Part shown: piece by piece, positions 53,649-64,000 of the stretch | Layout: each line of letters begins with the position of its first letter | Numbering within the stretch: the first letter of the stretch is position 1 | DNA from: Eledone cirrhosa | Lineage: Eukaryota | Direction of reading: 5' to 3' | Assembly (NCBI GenBank): GCA_964016885.1 | Contig: OZ024741.1 | Coordinates: 231,756,001 to 231,820,000 of the forward strand | DNA: 64,000 bases | The notes under the pieces: generated by a model | The model's input: the letters and a program-made list of their open reading frames with translations, nothing else | The model's database searches: none | Told to the model about the DNA's origin: nothing | Position numbers and translations under genes: made by a program

Positions 53649-53840
53649 GGGCGGTGGATTGGCAGTATCGGTAGAGAGTCGGACACCATCCTTTGAAGCA
53701 TAGAGTTACGTCCCTTTATGATCTGAGTTCAAATTCCGCCGAGGTTAACTTTGCCTTTCATCCTTACGGGGTCGATAAAATAAAGTACCAGTAATGTACT
53801 GGATAATTACTGGCCTTGTGCCTAAAATAGAAACAATTAT
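53649..53840 (+). mobile_element. Full-length tRNA-derived SINE with target-site duplication
   Basis: A-box-like TGGCAGTATCGG, B box GAGTTCAAATTCC, and core gcctttcatccttacggggtcgataaaat (resembles Deu/Nin-type cores, from recall). Direct repeat attatttataattaatca at 53631-53648 and 53836-53853. Confidence 0.92.
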
Positions 53841-54699
53841 TTATAATTAATCAAACCAATTGACGGGACTAATGTTGAGAAAATGACCAGCAAAGTAAGA
53901 TCCAATATATTGTAATTGCTATCAGCAGAAAAAGGTACCACATATATGAATAGGATGGAGAGTCATATAATAAGTATAAACAACTCCATCTTAAGATAAC
54001 ATTTAAAAGTTTATCAAATAACGGTTAACGGAAAATAAGAATGAAAGGGATGTAATTCATAAATATTTTTTAAAAGAGAGTTACAAATTATTACATTTTT
54101 GTAAGTCATGGTGTAAAAACAACATTTATAGGAATATTTAAACAATTATTAATGATAATTTTAGAATAATATATTACCAAATACGAATAAAAATAATATA
54201 TCATTGTATAGTAAAAGGCTGTATATTATTAAAATTTATCAAAAGATTAATCAAAATATTTATCAAAAAATGTATTTATCAAAAAATGTATTTATTCTAA
54301 ATAATATGGAAGGAAAAAAGAAATAACAAATTACCTAAAGATAACAAATTAATACAAATTAATTAATAATTTAATAATTTATGTAAAACTTGTTAGTATA
54401 CAACCGGAAAAACCGAGATGGAGGTAATGGCTAAAATAATAATAAAGTATTAGTAAAAATAAAATCAGATCAAGGTGGTCTTATTAAAGATAATTAGATA
54501 AATGTAATAAAATAAAATAAATAGATGGGTAAATTTGATGGGATGGCTATAATAAATTGTAATCAAAATAGATGTGATCAGAATAGGGATGCTATAAGCA
54601 TGTAATGATATTTATATTACTAAAAAAATGCATATATAGATAAACCTACTTTTGGCATAATTCAGTTACGAGGTTTAAAGAAATGAAATGAATGGTGAT

Positions 54700-57060
54700 T
54701 GATAAGTTAACAAGTGGAAAACATCTCAGATTTCCTATTTAATAAATTTAATTTAGAGAAGAAAATAGTATGGGATTCAAGAAGACAAATGATACAGAAT
54801 TTATTGGGGAGTTTATAAGAAGCAACTTTTGCAATCACATTACAAATTAGGGTGTATTACTTCAGAAGCGATACAAAATTTGATAAAGATTTCTGAAAAG
54901 TATGTGAAAGTATTCGATGAAGAACCGATATAGAGGCTTTGGAGTTGGTAGAAATTATGACAGTGCAGGAATAAATAATATTCTCAACAAGGCAGTTTCA
55001 ATTAAGAGGGCATACATTATTAGGCCTACAATTACAATTTTATCTATTGAAGTGGTTTTGAGGATAAAGGTGTGAAGAGTCATTACTTATACGAGTGCTA
55101 TAAGTACTATTATTATTCCTATAAGTCCTAGAAAATACTGTGTTATGGGAGCGGTTACTTAAATCACTAGGCACTACATGGCTAATCATATCATCAGTAT
55201 GTGGGTTACTATCTACGTTACCTGAACAAAAATATTTACTAATTTTCTTGTTATTACTACTCGCTATTTCAGTAGCAATGTTAGATGTGGTAGAATAAGA
55301 GATTTTGATAGTATTTCTATTAATTAAATTATGATATTTATGATCAATTGGGAAATTATATACAAGATATATATATACAAGAAGAATACTCTAGGTAGAA
55401 ACATTTAAAGTGTAGGGTTGATTAAAATATGAATTTAACCTTCTTTTATTCTTTTTATTTTTGTTGCTAATGAGTTAATTCATAAGGTTATTATTTTCTG
55501 GTTTATATCAAGTATTATAGATATTACGTTTAGTTAATACTTATTGCGTTTTATTCATAATATTTTTCTTAGCTTTAAGATTTATTTTATTAGTGTTGGG
55601 AGGAAGTGTAGATGGGTGTATATCATCATTTAATCCATTCTTACAAACAATAAAACAACCACCATTATTCTTAATATTTTTAGTATTTTTTCATAGCTAA
55701 ATTATGTGAAATGATATAAGGTTGTTTTTTACAAAAGAGTTTTCAGACACAAACTTAATTTTACTTTTATAGCCAGAATGTGATAAAGCTACATTATAAT
55801 AATGAGTATTATGGTTAACATGTCTTCATTGTAAGATAAATTACTAATTATATTAGATGCACCTTTAATAATTGAATTTAAAACAGATCTAGGGCGATTA
55901 GAATTGATAACAACGTAGAACATTTTGCATTAGGTTTATGGTAAGGTGTAAAGGGTAACATAAAGGAATTAACAGTTATGGTGTTCTTATCTAAAATAAT
56001 ACTTAGTTTTAATTTTTGAAGTGTTTATATAGATCCTTCTTAGTACTTTCAATTTTATATTTTTTATAATCTAAAATAAGGCATCATCACCCTTCAGGTA
56101 AGGTAAAGTCTTATGAATTTCATTGAAGAGGTAGAAACCGACTAAATCTGTGACATGTGCAGAATCACTAGACCCCCATAGTGATATCAAAATTATCCGG
56201 TGTATACTTACGGGTCCATAATTGATCTACAAATTTGATGATAGTCTTTCGGGCCGCAAGAATTACATCTACTTGGGATCTAGTTAATTCACTGTTATCC
56301 ATGGCCATAATAAGAGTTTTTTCAATAATATAGGAGAGATAGATATATAATACGAGTTAATGTCAAATTTAATTCACTTCTTAAACTTACTATCACCTAT
56401 AGTAGAGAACCACTCAATCACTTACCTAGTATTACTCCGAAGGTTGAAATGTATTTTTTGTTTGATTTGGGGTATAATTTCGTCTAGGATCCTTTTACTA
56501 ATTATACCAATGTCAGACTTAGAAGGGCACATTAATCTAACTGTAGGATTACTATTAAGATCTTCCTTATGATCTTTTAAAGTAAACCTGGGTGGATAAG
56601 GGGTATAAGGTTGAGTATACCTTTCAAGTTTTAATTTACTTCAAATATTTTAGCCTTCAGTATTTATGTCAACTAAGTTTTATATGTAGTTTTCTCATAA
56701 TTTCTATGCAATTCCTTATATACAAATGTTCTATAAGTGTTATAATCTAGGCTATAAATATTTTTAGTTTTATCACCTAGGACTAAGATATTCTTATTTC
56801 TATCAAATCTTTAATAGTAAAATTAAGTTTTTACAGAAACTGATTATTTTTCACATAAAGTTTTCTATATTTAATATTCTTCACTAGTATGAATAAGTCA
56901 TTTTCCAAAGGGTCCAATAATACAATATGCGGTGGACTTTTATCAATTTTTGAAACCATAAGTATCATTAGGAGGTGAATCTAGAGGATCACATCCTTGG
57001 TTTCTATAGTAATGGAAAACACACCATCTGATTCTCTCCGGAATATCTAAAATGTTCTAT
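54700..57060 (-). mobile_element. Decayed Penelope-like element (RT + GIY-YIG)
   Basis: Minus strand has VRLIVPF, FDITMG..DSAHVTDLVGFYL, DDA, IKISYSTTSNI, NCRPNNVCPL..CLVENIIY, and FCIICLLE..LLNRKSE. Confidence 0.8.
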
Positions 57061-57894
57061 GTAAACAAGTATTAAATATGTCAGAGCGTTTAATAGTAAT
57101 TTTCTGCCTATTATTTATGACGTCTCTGTAGCACGGAGGTTATACACAGAAGATATACATCGATTTATACAGGGAAAAGCATGTGAAAGTTTTTATCAAG
57201 AAAGGGTGTATTGTATTTGGTTATTTTTTAACGACCAAATCAGTTACGACAGGGCAGTGCTAGACCTCTTATCAGCTCTTTTAAAGGGGAGGGAGGGCGA
57301 TGGTTGAAACATCTTTCCTTAAATTGTGTAGAGGTTGCGTCAATATATCTCTAGGTGTCACTACACGTTATTACTCTACGTTCATAGACAATATACTTAT
57401 CTAAACAATGATTTAGCATATGACATCCGTTATGGTCCCTAGAATTGCAATTATTCTCGTTGCTGTTCATCGGTCCTTCTCTGTGTCTGTGTGTCCGTTG
57501 GTTTGTCTCATCCGTGTTTATGGTGTTATGTCTGTTGTTCGAGTTGCTGTTTAATCTATCAACGTGTTTGTGCTTACTATTATGTTATCTATTTATGTTT
57601 AATTCCCAGATTTCTATTATTAAACGCTATAGTTTGGGCTACGCGTTTGGGTGTTCAGTAAAAAAGTGATTCTATTTGTATGATTTTGTAAACATTTATC
57701 TAATGCATTAATCAGTCTAGATATGTTAAAAAGGTCTTGCTATATTTTTTGTAGTACTAAGGAATGCGGTGGAGAACGTAACAGGATCTAGCCCTCTTAT
57801 CTAATTTTATGGTGGTAGTTGAATCATTTTTATTTCAAGCCCGGTTTATCCTGTCTCTATTGTTTGGGATTCCGGCACCCTATTATTTCCATAA

Positions 57895-58070
57895 AGAAAA
57901 TTGGCCCGCCCAACTTTTTGGAAAACTTCAAAAGGCATACTTGCTGAGAACAGCAAGAACCCTCCGATATGTCCTGAATATCTGAGGCTGCAAGTAGTGG
58001 CTTGATAGGGAAAAACAATAATAATAATAATGGCAGACTCAAAGAACAATAATAATAATAATAATAATAA
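57895..58070 (+). mobile_element. 3' tail of an R4/Dong-like LINE with (AAT)n
   Basis: aaaattggccc...cttcaaaagg matches 62563-62605 and continues ..YVLNI*, then AAT repeats. Confidence 0.65.
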
Positions 58071-59249
58071 AACGCACATGGTGGATAGGGTGTTATGGAA
58101 TCGCTCCCGTAAGTTTTGACTTTTTAAATATTTAAAACAATTGTGATAGAATAATTCTTATTACAAATGAAACGTAAGATATCAGCCTTACTCTCAGGAA
58201 GTGGCAACGCATCACATTACGGCATAGAGCTCCAATATGTAATATTTAATTTAATATTTAATTTTGTACCAGAAATATTATAGTCAGAAAAGAAAATGGC
58301 TAGAAAATAACGGCCAAATAACCTCACCACCAGCACCGCCGCCGCCGCCGCCGCCATCATCATCATCACCACTACCAAAAAAATCTAGTCAAATACAGAA
58401 CGGTACCATCCCTATAGTAAGGCTGCCCCATCACCACCGTCGCCACTGCAACATCGCTACCGCCACTATTCCCTCACTACTTCAGAGAGGGGTGGTGATG
58501 CCGCTACACATGAAAAGAAGCGAGAAAGGCATCAAAAGATATAAATAGACTGGGTGAGTGACTCGGTCAAACAGCTAACAACAACAACAACACCACCAAA
58601 CTATTTATGTTGTTGTATCTCTAAACTGTCTCAAAATGTTTAGTTTAAACGATGTCAAATCTAAACTATAATATAATAATGATAAGTGCTTCTGCTTTTG
58701 GCACGAGACCAGCAATTGTCCCGGTGTGTTGCCGGTGCTTTGTGGTGTCGACCACGTAGGGATGAATGGGAAAAAATTATAGAAAAAATTATAGTCGAAA
58801 AATTATAGAACAGAACACATACAGAAGCAAACGCAACAACGGACACGGGTTTCAAAAGTTTTGAACACAACAACCCCTATTTCCCTTAGCAGCAGCAGCA
58901 ACAACAACACTAGTAACCGATGTTACTAGTCTTGTAAAACGAAAAACGCAAAGGAGAAAAACAAACAAACAAGGGGAAAAAAGGAAAGAAAAACTAGTCA
59001 GACATTCAAACATTACCATGAAACTTGTGTTTGTTTTTGTTGTTTTTGTTTTTTTAGGTATTTATCTATTTGTTTGTTTATTTATGTTCGTCTACAGCAT
59101 GATGGTGCCACGCTAAAATCACCGGGGGGTGATGAAATCACTGGTAGTGATGAAATCACCGGTAGTTATGTAACCATACATTCACCAATCCTCGATATGA
59201 GTGCTTAAATGTCGAACCTAAACAGTTCGAATAACGGTGAAGTGGAGAC

Positions 59250-62200
59250 TGGAATGTCATGTGACAGACTCTCACCCAGCAGGTGGTCCCTGGCCCAGCA
59301 GCAGGGACCTGGTTGGCATCCAAATACTGCTGGTGTTGGAGGAAGAGGAAGAAGGAAAGGGACCAGAACCAACTGGACGAAATAATTGAATAGATATGCA
59401 ATTGAATATTAATTGAATATTATGCAATGTTACCTGAAGAGTAACCCCAAGGAAAAAGGCTATAGGAAAGGGATGCATAACATCTGGAACCAGATTGGTG
59501 TATTTAAATTAGATGAACAAAAATTGGCCGGGCAGGCTCGGGTAATGAGAACTAATGGGTGGATAAGGGAGCTGGAACTGGAGGAACTGAGCAGAGAGAT
59601 TAGCTTGGAAATGGAGATGGAGTATGCCAGGCAAACGAGCCAGTGGGAAATGAAGGTGAAGAGGTTGAGAGAACGGAGGAACCATCCGAAGCAGACAATG
59701 ATCTGAATGCTGAAATAAATAATACCTGGAACTAATATACGGTCATTGAGGAAATGAATGCTAATGGGCTAGCACAAGATTTGGTTGATATCCTAAACTT
59801 CGTGGTAGATGAAATGAACAATGATAGTGGGAAACCTATGAACCTACCATTTGTAGACAGGAAAAAGTTAAAAGAAATAACAGCTAAGGTAAAGAGAATC
59901 ATCCCATAACTTGAGGCGAGGAGCCTTCACCAGTGCAACAATATCCTCACTGCAGCAGCAATTGCTGTGAGGAAATTACTTGGCATAACAGCGAGAGGAA
60001 ACAACAAACAAGAAAGATCAGAACCTTGGTGGAAGAAACGACTGAATGGTCAAATCAGGGGAATGAGAAATGACATTGGAAAGCTTGAGTCGCTACTGAA
60101 TGGGACACTAAAAACCATAGACATTAAAAATAGACTGGAAATAAAGTACAAATCTAGGAGGAAAAAGCTAAATATTACCATAGGGGAACTGAAGCAACGC
60201 ATTGTAGCAAAGAGTGCAAAAATTAGGCGATACGAGAATAGAGTCAGTGAGTAAAGACAGAACCGCATGTTTGACAACAACCAGAAGATGTTGTTTGGAC
60301 AGCTTGATGGGAAAGAAAGAGGCAACGACTTGATCCCTGAGGCGGAACAAACTAAGACATTCTGGAGAGGAATATGGGAGTAGGATGTTAAACATAAGGA
60401 CCAGGCAGTGTGGATCGACACAGTACAAAAGCAGATTAGTGAGCAGGTACACCAACAAACTGATTTGAGTATCACAGTTGAAACTCTTAAGGGACAGGCC
60501 AAAAAACTAACCAACTGGAAATCACCAGGCCCAGATGGTGTGCAGGGGTATTGGATTAAAAATATAACATCCCTCCACGGAAACTGACAACCATGTTCAA
60601 TGACTGCTTGATGTCAGATGAGGTACCAGAGTGGTTGACAAAAGGTACCACAGTTCTGGTAATGAAAAACGGAATCAAGGGTAATGATGTTACCAAATAT
60701 AGACCTATCACATGTCTGTCCGTAATGTGGAAACTGTTAACAAGCATTTTGTCTGAGGAAATCTACCATCACCTCCACACAAACAACTTGTAACCGGACG
60801 AACAGAAAGGATGCCGAAAGAAGTCCCGTGGTACAAAGGACACAGTTACTTATTGATAAGATGGTAATGAGGAATTGCAAGAGGAGACACACTGGTCTTG
60901 CCATGGGATGGATAGACTACAAAAATATATTTGACATGGTACCTCATTCTTGGATCACCAACAGCCTAGAGATCTTCAAGGTGGCAGATAACATCAGACA
61001 GTTGTTGAGCAAAAGTATGAAGTCCTGGAAAATAGAGTCAACATTGGCTGGAGAATCCTTGGGAGAGTGAAGATCAAGAGAAGTATCTTCCAGGGAGATA
61101 GTCTGTCCCCTCTGTTGTTTGTCCTTGCCCTGATGACCCTGACAATTATACTGCGAAAAGTGAGAGCAGGATACAAGTTGGGAAAGGGAGAGCTTACCAT
61201 CAATCACCTCTTCATGGACGATCTTAAGCTCTTCCAGAAGAGTGAGAAAGAGTTGGATGTGCTTGTTGACACTCTCCGTATTTTCAGCAATGATATATGT
61301 ATGCAATTTGGTATTAGTAAGTGTGGAGTCCTTGTGATGAAGAGGGGTAAATTGAGCAGAAGCAACGGAATCCAGGTACCAACATGTGAGATGATAAAGG
61401 AAATTGACACTGAAGAAGGATACAAGTATTTGGGTGTTCTGGAGGCTGATGACATAAGGAACAACAAAATGAAGGGATTGATAAGTTCTGAATAGTTTTG
61501 GAAAGTAAGGAGCGTATTAAAATCATATCACAATAGTAGGAATGCCATAAGTGCAGTAAATTCCCGAGCTGTGTCCATTTTTAGGTACAGCGCTGGAATT
61601 CTGAGATGGAATGTTGCTGAACAAAAAGAAATGGATAGAAAGACTAGGAAGCTATTGACTATCTACAACATGTTCCACAAGAGGAATGATGTCGATAGAC
61701 TCTACTTAAGGAGATCTGAAGGTGGAAGAGGTCTTATCAGCATAGAGGACTGTGTTCAGATGGAGAAAATCAACCTATACAAATACGTGACTGATAGTAA
61801 GGAGCCAATGCTCCGAATTGTACTGAAGGAGAGGACAATAGACCATGGGGATGTCCAAGGAGGAAATAGCAGCAAGAAGAAAGAGCAGCCTTCATGAAAA
61901 ATCCCTTCATAATACCTTCTTTGAGAAAACTGAATTCAGAGATCCACAGACATGGAACTGGTTGAAAAGAGGAAACTTTAAAAAGGCTACAGAAGGAATG
62001 CTAATGTCTGCGCAAGAGTCGGCCCTCAAAACGAAGTGGCTGAAACACCATATTTACAAGGAGGAGGCTAGCCCACTGTGTAGGATCTGTGGAGAGAGAG
62101 AGGAGACTGGGGCTCACATTGTATCCGTGTGTAAACACCTATCCCAGACTCACTATAAAGGCTGGAGACATGATGTGATGGGCAGGGTGATCCACTGGCA

Positions 62201-62694
62201 CCTATGCAAAGTAAATAATTTACCACATTCTGAGATGTGGTATGAGCATAAGCAAGAGTCGGTGATAGAAAACGACCAGGTGAAGGTGCTGTAGGATTTT
62301 AGGATACAGATGGACAAGAAACTCGAACACAATAGACCTGACCTGGTGGTTTTGGACAAGGAAAAAAGATCGTTGTGCCTGATTGTGGATGTGGCCTGCC
62401 CATTCGACACGAGAGTGCAAAAGAAAGAGAGGGAGAAAATTAACGATTCCAGGACTTAAAATGGGGGTAAAAAGGATTTGGAACTGCCATGAAGTCAAAG
62501 TGGTCCCGATTGTCATAGGCGCACTAGGTACTATCTCAAAATGTTTCCAGGGATGGTTAAAGAAAATTGGCCCCGCCCTGCTTTTTGGAACACTTCAAAA
62601 GGATGCTTGAGATTCATTTCAACAAACTTTCCAGTTAACTAACATCAATGACTGAGACTCAAAGAACAACAATAATAATAATAATAATAATAAT
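59250..62694 (+). mobile_element. Near full-length R4/Dong-like RLE retrotransposon, pseudogenised
   Basis: Single long disrupted ORF: NWKSPGPDG, YRPITCL, WIDYK..FDMVPHSW, IFQGDSLSPLLF, HLFMDDLKL, YKYLG, CRICGEREETGAHIVSVC, RHD, HNRPDLVV, VPIVIGALG. Ends in an (AAT)n tail. Confidence 0.92.
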
Positions 62695-64000
62695 GCATTC
62701 TTTATTAACCACAAAGATTTACATAAAGTAGACATTAAGGACAGTACAGGCCGATACAGGACGGTACAGATGGACATTCCTGCGTGTAAAAAAAACAGAG
62801 GATGTAATAAAAAATAACAATGAAAAATTCCCCAATAGGTGGGAGACTTCCATGGGACATTTGTGGAGAAAGCCCATTAAAAAGCCAGAGTGACCCTGAC
62901 CATAGGTGCAAGTTCCCTCTCCCAGTTTTCACCTATAATGTACAGACACATACTCAGAGTAGGCCCATTCACTCGAGCCATACTTGCTTTTCTCACCCAT
63001 CTTTCAACAAAATGCTGGGAAGAGAGCACTTCCCTCTCTACCCTGATTTTCCTTTTCAAATGAAATTTGAAAAAGTTAATCAGAGCATCACCGAAGAGGT
63101 AAGTGCTCGTCTTAAGCCCTTTCAAACGTGTCCACCATACTATCTCTTTCGCCATGGCCACCAGGCAGATAAAAACTGTCTACCCTTCCCTGCAAAAGGA
63201 AGAGGGCGGGGCAATCCTCACGATGGACTCAGCTGGTAGCTGGATCCGTCCTACACGTGACAGTGTTCGACATAAACCCACAAGTCAGCTATGCTCGGAC
63301 ACTGGACGAGTACGTGCAGGACGGTTTCGTCGCCCTTCGCGCATCTCGAACATGCCCTGCTGACAGCACTTCCAAGCCTGTAGAGTGTTTAGAACTGGCA
63401 AAGCTCCTCGGTAGCACTGCCATGCCAGGGATTTCTGGAAGTTTTCCAAAGGCCCCGGCCCGAAAGTCCTTCTGAAGAGATTGGCTAGTTGATTTTCGTC
63501 GACGCCTAGAGTTTCCCCAAGTACCTCGTCGCTCTTCCCTTCCACTAATCCTCTATAGAACGCCAAGGTGGAGTTTCCACCAATCACATTGCCCGATTGG
63601 TCGAGGGCTGTGAGCGCCTGAATACATTCCAGTCTCCAAGCGCTCCCTCCCGGTCTTCGCTTGACCCAGGACTGCAGCTTCGTCAAGGAGATGAGCTGGG
63701 GAAAGACGCGTCTAGCAAACCGCGACCACACCTGATCACCGTCGAGGAAGAGGTGGAGATGTCGTGGGACTGAGCGCGTGTCTGTGCATTATCAGCCACG
63801 GCATGCCCAGCCCTCCACGTAGCGGGTGTTGACAGCAGATGGACCGCCTGACCATCGGAGCGCGTCCCTTCCACAAAAAGCGAAAGAGCAAACGCTCCAG
63901 CGCAGTCAGGCGGGGCTTAGAACAAGGTACGACGGTCAGGCGGTAGTAGATGACGGACGCGATGTGCGCGTTAGCCACCCCCGCTTGATCTTTCAGGGAT
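62695..64000 (-). mobile_element. Tx1/L1-like LINE 3' portion (continues beyond the window)
   Basis: VANAHIASVIYYRLTVVPC, FQKSLAWQCYRGALPV and AMAKEIVWWTRLKG, with a minus-strand AATAAA near 62700. Confidence 0.9.

Noticed and set aside
53649-53740. tRNA gene
   Set aside because: The A and B boxes belong to a multi-copy SINE head and no cloverleaf can be formed.
57225-57285. Hammerhead-like CTGATAA...GTAA on the minus strand, upstream of the Penelope ORF
   Set aside because: Two core mismatches and poor stems.

Overview
AT-rich, microsatellite-dense eukaryotic DNA. The SINE family and repeat landscape suggest an octopod cephalopod (inference). One host gene can be reconstructed on the + strand: the 3' part of a tandem-domain (D1+D2) receptor-type protein tyrosine phosphatase, with 10 coding exons from 852 to a TGA at 48015. 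All splice sites are GT-AG, phases are consistent and there are no stops. Both domains have lost their catalytic residues (D1: WPD->LPE and HCSAGVGR->QCSVGVGE; D2: HC->HD, no Arg), so this looks like an intact double pseudophosphatase. Introns and the 3' flank hold decayed retroelements: Penelope-like (RT+GIY-YIG), Tx1/L1, R4/Dong-like RLE, RTE-like and Hero-like LINEs, tRNA-derived SINEs and probable non-autonomous Helitron ends. The most striking non-coding pattern is a series of fold-back elements, mostly beside (TA)n tracts. Several carry minimal type I hammerhead ribozyme motifs, including U3-A8 core variants, and two motifs with intact cores lie on the gene's sense strand, each with an antisense copy nearby. 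Almost all ORFs in the supplied track are microsatellite or transposon artefacts. Everything was read by eye, so repeat boundaries are approximate.
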